A stretch of 64,000 bases of DNA, taken from assembly GCA_022841445.1 (NCBI GenBank), contig JALHRM010000004.1, positions 11,429 to 75,428 on the forward strand, read 5' to 3'. Both the position numbers and the translations under genes were made by a program. The notes under the pieces are model-generated. The model did no database searches, was not told where the DNA came from, and worked only from the letters and a program-made list of their open reading frames with translations. Shown one piece after another: positions 27,590 to 37,083 of this stretch (the stretch's first letter is position 1; each line of letters opens with the position of its first letter). The stretch comes from Candidatus Saccharimonadota bacterium (GTDB lineage Bacteria > Patescibacteriota > Saccharimonadia > Saccharimonadales > UBA10212).

Positions 27590-28475
27590 TCACAAACTCC
27601 TTTAGGTATTGATTAAATTCATCACCAATATCTGGGTGACGTGATGCCATAGCAACAACTGTTTTTAAGTACTCCAGCTTATTGCCCGTATCAAAATACT
27701 GGCCGTTAGTAATCTCTTTGGCGATCACTTGTTTGCCATCGCCAACCATCAGACTGAGTGCGGTGTGGAAGAATAATTCTTGTCCTACAGGGAGAATATC
27801 TTTGGCCTTGTGCAAGTAATCCAGTACATCGTTAGTAACAATAAAACCTCCTAGGCTGGCATAAGGACTCGGCGCGTTCGCTTTTCCGGGATGTTCCACC
27901 ATAGGGCTGTCCATACGAAGCACACCTGGTTCGATTTCTGTCCCAGCCACATACCCGTACCGATCATAGTCCGCATCCGCATCTCGGCGTTGGCAGCCAA
28001 CTATGGGGCATCCGTGCGTTTCATAGGCAGCGATCATTTGCGAAAAACTGTTTGGTTCGGCAATAAAAAAATCGTCGGCAAACGTATATATAAACGGTTC
28101 ACCACCTAGGTATGGTTCAGCATTGAGCACTGGTGTTCCGGTGCCATACACGCCCTGTTGTTCGATGAATGCAAAATTAGCAAGGTGTTTAACGGCTTCG
28201 AGTTCTTCTAGTATTTCGGCCTTCTTAGGGCCTGCAGTCCAGAGATTTGATACCAGACCGGGATTTGTATCTCCAAAGTAATCTGCCATGGCAGCTTTTT
28301 TGGCCGAAGTAACTACGACGATATATTCAATACCAGCTCCGACTAATTCTTCTACGACAAGTTGGATGATCGGCTTATCGACAATCGGCAACATTTCTTT
28401 CGGTATCGATTTGGTGATTGGCAACATACGCGTGCCATACCCCGCAGCCGGGATTACTGCTTTTCGGACTTTCAT
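27579..28475 (-). CDS. UTP--glucose-1-phosphate uridylyltransferase-family protein (paralog 2)
   Basis: KAVIPAAGYGTRMLPITKSIPKEMLPIVDKPIIQLVVEE and FDTGNKLEYLK. By eye it is about half identical to the downstream paralog. ATG 28475 avoids overlap with gatB and follows TGGTATCAT by 7 nt; the ORF track starts at 28535. Confidence 0.82.
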   Translation of the reverse strand: MKVRKAVIPAAGYGTRMLPITKSIPKEMLPIVDKPIIQLVVEELVGAGIEYIVVVTSAKKAAMADYFGDTNPGLVSNLWTAGPKKAEILEELEAVKHLANFAFIEQQGVYGTGTPVLNAEPYLGGEPFIYTFADDFFIAEPNSFSQMIAAYETHGCPIVGCQRRDADADYDRYGYVAGTEIEPGVLRMDSPMVEHPGKANAPSPYASLGGFIVTNDVLDYLHKAKDILPVGQELFFHTALSLMVGDGKQVIAKEITNGQYFDTGNKLEYLKTVVAMASRHPDIGDEFNQYLKEFVSGR

Positions 28476-28482
28476 ATTTTCA

Positions 28483-28491
28483 ATGATACCA
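28483..28491 (-). promoter_or_regulatory. extended -10 (TGGTATCAT) 7 nt upstream of galU paralog 2 ATG
   Basis: The minus strand reads TGGTATCAT-tgaaaat-ATG(28475). Confidence 0.4.
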
Positions 28492-28524
28492 CTTACTCTT
28501 TTCTTTTGTAGTGCTTGACCTGGC

Positions 28525-29997
28525 TTAGATGCCAATCTGCTTTTTGATAATCTCTTGGGCTATTGCCGGATTTGCCTTGCCAAGTGACTGTTTCATAACT
28601 TGCCCCACCAAAAAGCCAATCACTTTTTCTTGCCCGGAACGTACATCTTCAACGGCCTTAGGATTATTAGCTAAAACATCTTTGACGATCGCGCTCAGTG
28701 CGCCCTCGTCAGATTCTTGGATAAGGCCTTGTTGCTCAGCGTATTTGGCAACATCTGGCGGCAAGTGGTCATTTGCGAGCATTAAAATCAACAAAGCTTT
28801 TACGGAATTAGAGCTCAGACGGCCGTCTTTTACTAGTTCATAAACACTTGCCAATATTCCACTACGCTGCTGCGAAGCCGCCAGCTTTCCGTCGCGCTCT
28901 GCCGGGACAATATAATTAACGATCCAAAGGGCGTATACCTTTGCCTGTTCTGGGTTTGATATAACCTTTTCGATTTCACTTAGGTAAGTAACGCTTTCAT
29001 CCTCAACTTCGACGTCGAGCAGTGTTTCGACTAAGTTATGGTCGAGCCCTACATCGCGGAGCTGGGTACGCCAGTCGTATGGTAATTTTGATACACTGTT
29101 TTCTATTGAAGCAATATATGCATTATCAAGTTCTACGGGCGGGATATCAGGATCAGGAAAGTAGCGATAATCGTGCGCTTCTTCCTTACCTCGCTGAGCA
29201 AGGGTTTTTTGCTTTGCATCATCCCAACCGCGTGTTTCCTGAACTATAGGCGTTCCTTTTTCTAACAATTCTATCTGCCTGGTAATTTCGTATTCGATGG
29301 ATGCTTCTACAGACTTAAAACTATTAAGGTTTTTTACTTCAGCACGTGTACCAAGTTCTGTCGGGTTGGTACTGACGCTAACATTCACATCAAAACGCAT
29401 GTTGCCGTGGTACAAATCGCAGTCGCTCACGCCAGAATATTTCATGAGCAGAAACAGCTCCCGCACGTATGCTCGAGCCTCAACGGCTGAATGAATATCG
29501 GGCTTACTAACTATTTCAAGCAGTGGCGTGCCCGCTCGGTTAAGATCAACAAGGCTGTAGTCGGCACCTTCCGGGTGCGTATTCTTACCCGCATCTGCTT
29601 CCAGTTGAGCCCGCTCAATACCAATATCTTTTTGTTCGCCATCTACTTCAATAGTCACATGGCCCCCAACGATAATTGGGTCGTTGAGCTGTGAAATTTG
29701 ATATCCCATTGGAAGGTCAGGATAGAAATAATGTTTTCGTTCAAACACCGAATGAGGTTGTGGTCTGGTTTTTAGCGCAAATGCAGCCTTGGCGGCCAAA
29801 TCGACCGCTGCTTGGTTTAGCACCGGCAAAGCGCCGGGCATGCCGACACAAATATGACTAATCAGCGTGTTTGGTAGGGCATCGCGTGCATCATTACCGA
29901 CTGCAGCGAACAACTTGGTTTTAGTTTTAAGCTGAACATGACATTCAATACCGATAGTCGGTAGGTACTTGTCGATAGTTTCCTTGGGCAGTGCCAT
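28525..29997 (-). CDS. gatB: Asp/Glu-tRNA(Asn/Gln) amidotransferase subunit B
   Basis: 490 aa. GatB N-terminal cradle (IGIECHVQL, YFYPDLP) and a C-terminal YqeY-like tail domain. Confidence 0.95.
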   Translation of the reverse strand: MALPKETIDKYLPTIGIECHVQLKTKTKLFAAVGNDARDALPNTLISHICVGMPGALPVLNQAAVDLAAKAAFALKTRPQPHSVFERKHYFYPDLPMGYQISQLNDPIIVGGHVTIEVDGEQKDIGIERAQLEADAGKNTHPEGADYSLVDLNRAGTPLLEIVSKPDIHSAVEARAYVRELFLLMKYSGVSDCDLYHGNMRFDVNVSVSTNPTELGTRAEVKNLNSFKSVEASIEYEITRQIELLEKGTPIVQETRGWDDAKQKTLAQRGKEEAHDYRYFPDPDIPPVELDNAYIASIENSVSKLPYDWRTQLRDVGLDHNLVETLLDVEVEDESVTYLSEIEKVISNPEQAKVYALWIVNYIVPAERDGKLAASQQRSGILASVYELVKDGRLSSNSVKALLILMLANDHLPPDVAKYAEQQGLIQESDEGALSAIVKDVLANNPKAVEDVRSGQEKVIGFLVGQVMKQSLGKANPAIAQEIIKKQIGI

Positions 29998-29999
29998 AA

Positions 30000-30410
30000 C
30001 TATAGTGCCCCCAGGTCTTTCAGTGCTTGACGAAGTCCAGCTAAAGCCTGCTTGGCGTCCGCCGACTTAACTTTGACGTCTTGTTCGTGCACTAAACGAT
30101 TACGCAGTTTATGAGCATGCCATGTGGCATCATTGTCCGTTAGGCTACGCTGAGCCGATACCAAACGCTCTCCCATCGTTTTACCTTTGAACCGGCGGCG
30201 CTTTAGGGCTTCGTCCAGCAACTTGTCGGCGTCAATAATGGCCAGTATCATCCCTTCCTGTGATTTAACATGACGCAGCAAATCAGTCCATCTTTTTTGA
30301 AAATAGTCCTGATTAAGTCGCTTAGGGATTCGCTTGTAAGCAAACGATGCAACAAGGGCTACTAGTAAGCCAACGAGCACTGCAAGTATAATGGCGGCTT
30401 CGCTGCTCAT
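30000..30410 (-). CDS. small membrane-anchored protein with Rx4H (HEPN-like) motif, embedded in the gat operon
   Basis: 136 aa. N-terminal TM helix (AIILAVLVGLLVALVASFA) and a helical domain containing WHAHKLRNRLVHE. The start overlaps the gatA stop (ATGA) and its stop is 2 nt from the gatB start. Confidence 0.55.
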   Translation of the reverse strand: MSSEAAIILAVLVGLLVALVASFAYKRIPKRLNQDYFQKRWTDLLRHVKSQEGMILAIIDADKLLDEALKRRRFKGKTMGERLVSAQRSLTDNDATWHAHKLRNRLVHEQDVKVKSADAKQALAGLRQALKDLGAL

Positions 30411-31834
30411 GAACTAAGCTCCTCATAGGCGTGCGCGAAGGCCAATAAATCCCGATCATGTGTCTGGGCGGCAATGAACTGTACACCGATTGGCAGTGAA
30501 CTTCTAGCGCCTGAGGGCACACTAATTGCGGGTAGGCCAGCAATGTTAACAGCGACAGTCATTATGTCAGTCAGATACATCTTCAAAGGATCATGACTGT
30601 TTTCACCAATCTTGAATGCGGGTGTGGCCGATGTCGGACCTACTAGGATGTCGTAATCGGCAAAGGCTGCTAAAAACTCGTTAATAATTTTAGTTCGGAC
30701 TGTCTGGGCTTTGCGATAGTAGGCGTCGTAATACCCGGAACTAAGCACATATGTACCAAGCATGATGCGTCGCTTGGCCTCTGCTCCAAATCCTTGCTCA
30801 CGAGTAAATTCATAACTTTCATCGACTGTTGCTGCATCTGTCGAACTAAAGCCGTAACGTTGACCGTCATAGCGACTTAAGTTGCTACTGACTTCAGCGG
30901 GACAGATAATGTAATACACTGCTAGAGCCAGCGGCAGGCTTGGGAGACTTATTTCGCTTACTTCTGCGCCTGCAGTCTTCAGCCTCGTGACCGTTTGCTC
31001 TACGGCAGCACGCACATCGTCGTCCAGCCCCTCACCAACATATTCCTTTATAACAGCGACTTTTTTGCCTTGCAGTGAACTACTAGAAAAACTAGAGTAG
31101 TCCAGCTCGTCCCGGTCGATAGTCGTGGCATCCAGCTCGTCTTTGGCAGCCATGACATCAAACACGATAGCTGCATCCTCCACTGTTCGTGTTAGTGGGC
31201 CAATAACATCAAGGCTGCTACCCATGGCTACGACGCCGCTTCGACTCACCAAACCATAGGTGGGTTTATACCCTACTACGCCACAGAAACTGGCTGGTAA
31301 TCGTATCGAGCCGCCCGTGTCAGTACCCAGTGCAAATGGAGCCATTCCAAGCGCTACCGATGCCGCACTGCCGCCAGAACTACCACCTGGTACGCGGTCT
31401 TTGTCATGCGGATTCAGCGTGGTAAAAAAATCGCTGTTTTCGGTTGAACTGCCGTGAGCAAAAGCATCAAGATTAGCTTTAGCGACACAAATCGCTCCTT
31501 CTGCTTCAAGTCGCTCAATTGCGCTCGCTTGATATGGGGCATGAAACCCGCGTAATATGTTGCTGGCTGCCGTCGTCTCGCTGCCGAATGTCAAAAAATT
31601 ATCCTTGGCGATAAACGGCACTCCAGCTAGTCGGCCAGCAGACTCCCCGGCAGAAACCTGCTTATCAATTGCCTCCGCTCGTTCTCGAGCCCGGTCTTCG
31701 ATAGCTACGATGATTGCCTTATAATCAGCGTGTTTGTTTAGCAGTGAGAGTGATTTTTCGACTAAACTCATCGCTGTAATCTTGCCAGTATTCACCTGTT
31801 CTGCAATCTGTTTAATCGGCAGCCAATCGGTCAT
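30407..31834 (-). CDS. gatA: Asp/Glu-tRNA(Asn/Gln) amidotransferase subunit A
   Basis: 475 aa with the amidase signature GGSSGGSAASVA and the surrounding Ser-cisSer-Lys family blocks. Confidence 0.95.
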   Translation of the reverse strand: MTDWLPIKQIAEQVNTGKITAMSLVEKSLSLLNKHADYKAIIVAIEDRARERAEAIDKQVSAGESAGRLAGVPFIAKDNFLTFGSETTAASNILRGFHAPYQASAIERLEAEGAICVAKANLDAFAHGSSTENSDFFTTLNPHDKDRVPGGSSGGSAASVALGMAPFALGTDTGGSIRLPASFCGVVGYKPTYGLVSRSGVVAMGSSLDVIGPLTRTVEDAAIVFDVMAAKDELDATTIDRDELDYSSFSSSSLQGKKVAVIKEYVGEGLDDDVRAAVEQTVTRLKTAGAEVSEISLPSLPLALAVYYIICPAEVSSNLSRYDGQRYGFSSTDAATVDESYEFTREQGFGAEAKRRIMLGTYVLSSGYYDAYYRKAQTVRTKIINEFLAAFADYDILVGPTSATPAFKIGENSHDPLKMYLTDIMTVAVNIAGLPAISVPSGARSSLPIGVQFIAAQTHDRDLLAFAHAYEELSS

Positions 31835-31836
31835 AG

Positions 31837-32127
31837 CTAAAGTACTCGCTTTACTTTGAACATGCCATCCTGTGTTGCTGGAGCGTTAGCAAGGAGCGCA
31901 CTCGGCTGAGCTTGATACTCACGCTCTACATCTGGACGCGTCACATTTTTAAGGCCTGTTACCTGCGAAGTAGGCATAAGCCCGTCCGTGTTCACTTGAT
32001 CAAGTTGTTCAATGTAACCGAGAATGTCATTAAACTCCTCAGTGAACTGAACAACTTCTTCGTCAGTTAAACGTAGCCGGCTTAAACGAGCCAATTTTAA
32101 GACATCATCGCGGGTTAGTTTACTCAT
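31837..32127 (-). CDS. gatC: Asp/Glu-tRNA(Asn/Gln) amidotransferase subunit C
   Basis: 96 aa. GatC-like LARLSRLRLTDEEV...FNDILGYIEQL. Its stop is 2 nt upstream of the gatA start codon. Confidence 0.9.
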   Translation of the reverse strand: MSKLTRDDVLKLARLSRLRLTDEEVVQFTEEFNDILGYIEQLDQVNTDGLMPTSQVTGLKNVTRPDVEREYQAQPSALLANAPATQDGMFKVKRVL

Positions 32128-32138
32128 TCTTGTAACTC

Positions 32139-32147
32139 ATTATAGCA
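32139..32147 (-). promoter_or_regulatory. extended -10 (TGCTATAAT) 11 nt upstream of gatC ATG
   Basis: The minus strand reads TGCTATAAT-gagttacaaga-ATG(32127) with no SD. Confidence 0.5.
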
Positions 32148-32188
32148 GTCATTTAAGAAGATAATAAAGTGCTCTTGTTTACTCGAGT

Positions 32189-34147
32189 TTAGAGTTTCGT
32201 CTTAACCTCGGCAATCAGATCACGCAGCTCAGCTGCCTTTTCAAATTCCAAGTTGGCGGCTGCTAAATCCATCTGGGCGTTCAAGTCACGCAGCAGATGC
32301 TTGTACTCGTCTTTTGGCACCTTTCGCAAATCAAGTTTCGGCTTTTCCACTTTAGGTTCTCGCTTTATGATATCCCCGACAGCCTTACTGATTGAAGTTG
32401 GCGTGATGCCGTGTTTTTTGTTGTAGGCTTCTTGTATCGCGCGCCGGCGGTTCGTTTCTTCAATAGTACGCTGCATACTGCCAGTAACATTATTGGCATA
32501 CATAATGACATGGCCTTCCTGGTGGCGAGCTGCACGACCGACTGTTTGAATTAAGGCTTGCTCGGAACGCAAAAAACCTTCTTTGTCGGCATCAAGTATA
32601 GCCACTAAACTTACTTCTGGCAGATCAAGTCCCTCGCGAAGCAAGTTGATGCCAACTAATACATCGTAGATACCGAGCCGTAAATCACGCAAAATGTCAG
32701 TCCGATCGAGTGTATCAACATCACTATGCAAATACGCGACCTTCATGCCCAGTTCTTCCAGATATTCGCTCAAATCTTCTGACATTCGCTTTGTAAGCGT
32801 GGTGACTAATACGCGCTGCTTTTTGGACACGGTCAGGCGAATTTCAGCAATCAAATCATCAACCTGACCATCAACCGGCCGCACTTCGATAGGCGGGTCG
32901 AGTAGCCCCGTCGGACGAATTACCTGCTGGACTGGTTGTACGCTACGGCTTAATTCGTACTGGGCTGGTGTAGCACTAACATAAACAACTTTGTTAACAT
33001 GACGTTCGTATTCCGTAAAGGTTAGCGGTCGATTATCAAGTGCGCTCGGCAAACGAAATCCATGTTCTACTAAAACTTCTTTACGAGCACGGTCACCATG
33101 ATACATCCCGCGAATTTGCGGGATAGTCATGTGACTCTCATCTACAAACAATAGATAGTCATCTGGAAAATAATCCATTAATGTTGCTGGCTGTTCACCG
33201 GGCTCGCGATTTGTGAGATACCGACTGTAGTTTTCAATACCTTTCACGAAACCGGTTTGCTCCATCATTTCTAAATCAAACTTGGTGCGTTGTTCTATTC
33301 GCTGCGCTTCTATTAGTAGATTATTTGCCTTGAAATATGCCACTCGTTCATTCAATTCATTTTGTATTTTACCGAGAGCTACCTGCAGTTTCTGGTTTGG
33401 AGTAACGTAGTGGCTACCCGGGAAAATACGAACTCCCTCAAGTGTTTTTTCAATTTCTCCCGTCAGCGGATTGATTTGAGTAATGCGTTCGATTTCGTCA
33501 CCAAAGAACTCCGCCCGGTATGCAACCTCCTCACCTGCTGGAAAAATATCAACCACATCACCGCGCACCCGAAAGGTGCTTCGATGAAAATCAATATCAT
33601 TGCGTTTGTACTGAATATCAGTTAATTGCCGCAGCAGCTTATCGCGTACCCGTCGTTCGCCAGTTTTTAAATGAACAGACAGGTCATCGTAATCTTCAAC
33701 TGAACCTATGCCATAGATACAAGACACACTTGCCACAATAATGGCATCACGTCGTGACAGTAACGCGGCTGTTGCAGCGTGACGCAATCGGTCGATTTCT
33801 TCGTTAATATCACTGTCTTTTTCGATGTAGGTGTCTGATCTGGCAATGTATGCTTCGGGCTGATAATAATCAAAATAGCTAACAAAATAATGTACCGCAT
33901 TATCCGGAAAGAATAATTTGAACTCGTTATACAGTTGCGCAGCTAGCGTTTTGTTATGACTCAGCACCAACGTTGGTTTGTCTTGCTCAGCAATGATATT
34001 AGCCATCGTGAATGTCTTTCCGCTACCAGTAACACCAAGAAGTGTTTGCTCCTTAGTCCCGGCGTTCAGGCCACTATTAAGAGCCGCAATAGCTGCTGGC
34101 TGGTCTCCCATCGGTACATAATCAGCCGAAAGTCGGAATGATGTCAT
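32189..34147 (-). CDS. uvrB: excinuclease ABC subunit B
   Basis: 652 aa. Walker [13 protein letters not shown] box (VDESHMT), helicase motif VI (TVGRAARH) and a C-terminal UVR domain ([12 protein letters not shown]). Confidence 0.95.
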   Translation of the reverse strand: MTSFRLSADYVPMGDQPAAIAALNSGLNAGTKEQTLLGVTGSGKTFTMANIIAEQDKPTLVLSHNKTLAAQLYNEFKLFFPDNAVHYFVSYFDYYQPEAYIARSDTYIEKDSDINEEIDRLRHAATAALLSRRDAIIVASVSCIYGIGSVEDYDDLSVHLKTGERRVRDKLLRQLTDIQYKRNDIDFHRSTFRVRGDVVDIFPAGEEVAYRAEFFGDEIERITQINPLTGEIEKTLEGVRIFPGSHYVTPNQKLQVALGKIQNELNERVAYFKANNLLIEAQRIEQRTKFDLEMMEQTGFVKGIENYSRYLTNREPGEQPATLMDYFPDDYLLFVDESHMTIPQIRGMYHGDRARKEVLVEHGFRLPSALDNRPLTFTEYERHVNKVVYVSATPAQYELSRSVQPVQQVIRPTGLLDPPIEVRPVDGQVDDLIAEIRLTVSKKQRVLVTTLTKRMSEDLSEYLEELGMKVAYLHSDVDTLDRTDILRDLRLGIYDVLVGINLLREGLDLPEVSLVAILDADKEGFLRSEQALIQTVGRAARHQEGHVIMYANNVTGSMQRTIEETNRRRAIQEAYNKKHGITPTSISKAVGDIIKREPKVEKPKLDLRKVPKDEYKHLLRDLNAQMDLAAANLEFEKAAELRDLIAEVKTKL

Positions 34148-34153
34148 CTAATC

Positions 34154-34162
34154 ATTGTACCA
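34154..34162 (-). promoter_or_regulatory. extended -10 (TGGTACAAT) 6 nt upstream of uvrB ATG
   Basis: The minus strand reads TGGTACAAT-gattag-ATG(34147). Confidence 0.5.
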
Positions 34163-34174
34163 AGATTGAAACAC

Positions 34175-34762
34175 CTACGTGAGCGGTTGGTTCTTACTCG
34201 GATAGTAAATACTGCGATATCGCAGGTGTTCTTTATCAAGCATGGTATTGAGTCTTTTTACTAGTTTGTCAGCATCCGAATCAAATAGCACCAGTTCGTT
34301 CTTAGTTTCTCCGGCTGCTTTTAATATGTCTCTAATTTCGTCGCCTATACCGCCAGCGCCCTCTAAGAAACCTATCGGAGTCTCTGTTTCCATGGCAATG
34401 GTAAATTCGTGAAGCGTTCCAAGCCGACCGCCAATACTGACGACAGCGTCACTGGATTGGATTAGCAACGCATCTCTCCCAACATAATGAAGGCCGCTGT
34501 AAAGTATGGCGTCATAGTCTTCGGTCGGCAATCGGTATTTCATGACATGTTCTACTTTGCTGGCAGCAGGACTGATGCCAAAACTCATTTTTCCACCAGC
34601 AGCTTTATAGCCCATTGCAGCATAGTTCGGCAGTCCTATGGTGGCGCCGGTGAGCAGACTATTGCCGGCTTTGGCGATCGCCTCTCCCGCCGCAATAGCA
34701 AGATGCTTACCCTCCTGCACACTTCGACCTTTGGCTGCACCGGAAACACATATTTGATACAT
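34175..34762 (-). CDS. LOG/TIGR00725-like Rossmann-fold protein (possible nucleotide phosphoribohydrolase)
   Basis: 195 aa. N-terminal ICVSGAAKG glycine-rich start, TGATIGLP, and IGGRLGTLHEF, which resembles the LOG-family GGxGT..E motif. From memory it resembles TIGR00725. Confidence 0.6.
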   Translation of the reverse strand: MYQICVSGAAKGRSVQEGKHLAIAAGEAIAKAGNSLLTGATIGLPNYAAMGYKAAGGKMSFGISPAASKVEHVMKYRLPTEDYDAILYSGLHYVGRDALLIQSSDAVVSIGGRLGTLHEFTIAMETETPIGFLEGAGGIGDEIRDILKAAGETKNELVLFDSDADKLVKRLNTMLDKEHLRYRSIYYPSKNQPLT

Positions 34763-34766
34763 AACT

Positions 34767-36020
34767 CTACGCCTTTTTCTTTCTATTCTCAGGACGGATT
34801 TTCTTGGTGCGTGTTTCGCTTATGGCTTTAGTCTGAGGCCGCGACTCTATCTTGTCAAGCTGCTTAAAAACATGTCGCTGCAGAATTGGTCGAGCAGCAT
34901 AGAGCGACATAATTTCCCGATTGACATAGGCCCTGAGCACCACCATACTACGCGTTTCATAATGCCGGTTTTGTAGCATATCAATACCTATGTCACCGAT
35001 ATGCAGTGATACTCCATCGTCATCATGCACCGATCCTATTCCTAATTTTTCTGCCCAAAAACCAAGACCAGGTGCCAGCGCGTGGAGTATTCGCTGCGGC
35101 GATAGAAGATCCATGTCACCATGATCTAGCACCACGTCAAATAGACGCCTCGCATCATCACCATAGTTATGACGTAGACTTTGCGATATTGCACTCCAGT
35201 CAATCGGCACACCAGCAATGATAATCTGATGATGCTTAGGTGCCACGAATTCTTGAACCATCCAACCCGGATACTGTCGAACATGATGCGCCTTGAAAAG
35301 CAGGCTGGCATCCTTTATGTGACGATATGCACCCAAAGTTTGCGATAATAACGTAAAGGCATATCCTTCTTTCAAAGTTTCTTCACTGGACAATACTATG
35401 ATTGCCCCGGCCTCTGGTACCGCTACAATGGGCAGAACGATTTCTTTTGGAAAATGTGACATATAAAATACTACCTTTATCGGACGAGCTTCAAAATCAC
35501 CCGCCTGAAGGTGATGATAATACTGACGAAGTTTTGTGTTCCATTGATCGCTTTCCAGTTTGTGGGCTAAAGCAAGCACCACGTCAACCTGTTCATTTTT
35601 TAGCAGCGAAGCAACTGATCGATAGCGAAGAAATTTCATTGTTTCGAATGGTGACTGTTCGGCAAGTACCTTTTTTAAAACACTCCGCTTTACGCTCCAA
35701 ATTATTTCGCTAGCCACGGCTTTTTGAAAATTACTGGCTACAGCTTTAAGTAACTGGTCAGCATCACCCTTGTAAGCAGACAACAGAACCTTTTCGTCGG
35801 CGGCAGCGCGTACTCGTAGTGCTTGATATAACTCTTTGGCGGTTGTATCGAGCGGGTCAAGTCCGAGCTCTTTTGATGCCTGAGCCGCGACTTGCTTTAA
35901 TTGACTGATATATCCAACATCAATGCTCAGCTCGCCAGTAGCTTGTTCTAGACGCTTAAAACGGAGTGCTGTCTTGGATTCGGCCTCGTTCAGTATGGTC
36001 GATAAAAAACTCATCAACAT
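34767..36020 (-). CDS. hypothetical protein (417 aa), family not recognised
   Basis: Long uninterrupted ORF packed 3-4 nt from both neighbours. It has no motif I recognise and a basic C-terminal tail (RPQTKAISETRTKKIRPENRKKKA). Confidence 0.6.
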   Translation of the reverse strand: MLMSFLSTILNEAESKTALRFKRLEQATGELSIDVGYISQLKQVAAQASKELGLDPLDTTAKELYQALRVRAAADEKVLLSAYKGDADQLLKAVASNFQKAVASEIIWSVKRSVLKKVLAEQSPFETMKFLRYRSVASLLKNEQVDVVLALAHKLESDQWNTKLRQYYHHLQAGDFEARPIKVVFYMSHFPKEIVLPIVAVPEAGAIIVLSSEETLKEGYAFTLLSQTLGAYRHIKDASLLFKAHHVRQYPGWMVQEFVAPKHHQIIIAGVPIDWSAISQSLRHNYGDDARRLFDVVLDHGDMDLLSPQRILHALAPGLGFWAEKLGIGSVHDDDGVSLHIGDIGIDMLQNRHYETRSMVVLRAYVNREIMSLYAARPILQRHVFKQLDKIESRPQTKAISETRTKKIRPENRKKKA

Positions 36021-36023
36021 GTC

Positions 36024-37040
36024 TTAGTTAAGTCGGGTCGGGTGATACCATTCCGGAGCTGATTGCAAAAGTCGTTCTATATCGGTGCTACTCAATAGTC
36101 CGCCTTGCGCACCGACATGTTGCACTACATTCATTGAATTTATTGGCGCCCAAAGCAGTGCCGCTTCGAGCGTAGCACCTTTAATGAGAGCCGCAACTAA
36201 GGTTGATGCGAAACTGTCGCCAGCACCAGTTCGTTCCACGGGTGGACCAGGATCTGGATAGTTTGGCATTTTGAACCGATTGTCACCATCACTGGCGTAA
36301 GCTCCGTCAGGTCCGTCGGTGATGATAACAATTCGTGGTCCATGCGAGTGAATCCTATTGAACAAATCATGTAGATCATCATAGTTTCCACCAGTAATCT
36401 GTACCGCTTCTTCGCGGTTGACGATGAATACTTCAGTCCGCTTGTAGAGCCGCTGCAGGCGCTCAATACCTGCCTCCAGTTGATATGTGCCAGGTTGCAG
36501 CGCGAGCTTAACGCTTGGGTTCTCATCCAACCAATCGGCCACAAAATCGTGGTAATGATCCAGGGCGTTTTTGCTGATAGAGCTAAAATATACCCATTTT
36601 GGAATATCGTTATCTCGGAAGCGCGGCCAATGGTAGTCGTACTCTTCGTGTTTTATAAGGATAGTTCGCTCATCCTTATACCACAATACATAGTGATAAT
36701 TGCTTACTTTGCCGCGGTTGACGTGTACGAACCTGGTGTCAACACCTTTGTCCTTTAAAGACTTAATAATATCCAGCCCCCAGTTGTCTTCGCCGACATT
36801 GCTGACCAATCCGGACTGTAGGCCTAATTTTTCAAATGCTACGGCCGCGTTTGCCGCGTTGCCAACACCTTCCAACACAATCGAATCAGCAAATGGCAAT
36901 TTTGTTCCAAAAGGGATAGCCAGCCATTTCCCATGTTCATTTTCATAGGTATGCTCACGCTCTTCAAAAAGCTTAATAAATGCGTCTGTGACTACATCGC
37001 CGATAGCCAACACATCAAGATGACCGCTGAATTGTGCCAT
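36024..37040 (-). CDS. PfkB-family carbohydrate/nucleoside kinase
   Basis: 338 aa. Ribokinase-fold signatures include the C-terminal TGAGDSFASTLVAAL anion-hole/catalytic Asp motif. AAGGTGGG SD upstream. Substrate cannot be inferred. Confidence 0.8.
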   Translation of the reverse strand: MAQFSGHLDVLAIGDVVTDAFIKLFEEREHTYENEHGKWLAIPFGTKLPFADSIVLEGVGNAANAAVAFEKLGLQSGLVSNVGEDNWGLDIIKSLKDKGVDTRFVHVNRGKVSNYHYVLWYKDERTILIKHEEYDYHWPRFRDNDIPKWVYFSSISKNALDHYHDFVADWLDENPSVKLALQPGTYQLEAGIERLQRLYKRTEVFIVNREEAVQITGGNYDDLHDLFNRIHSHGPRIVIITDGPDGAYASDGDNRFKMPNYPDPGPPVERTGAGDSFASTLVAALIKGATLEAALLWAPINSMNVVQHVGAQGGLLSSTDIERLLQSAPEWYHPTRLN

Positions 37041-37083
37041 GTCCCACCTTTTTTATTTGATTATGCTTATTGTAGCAGTTTGA

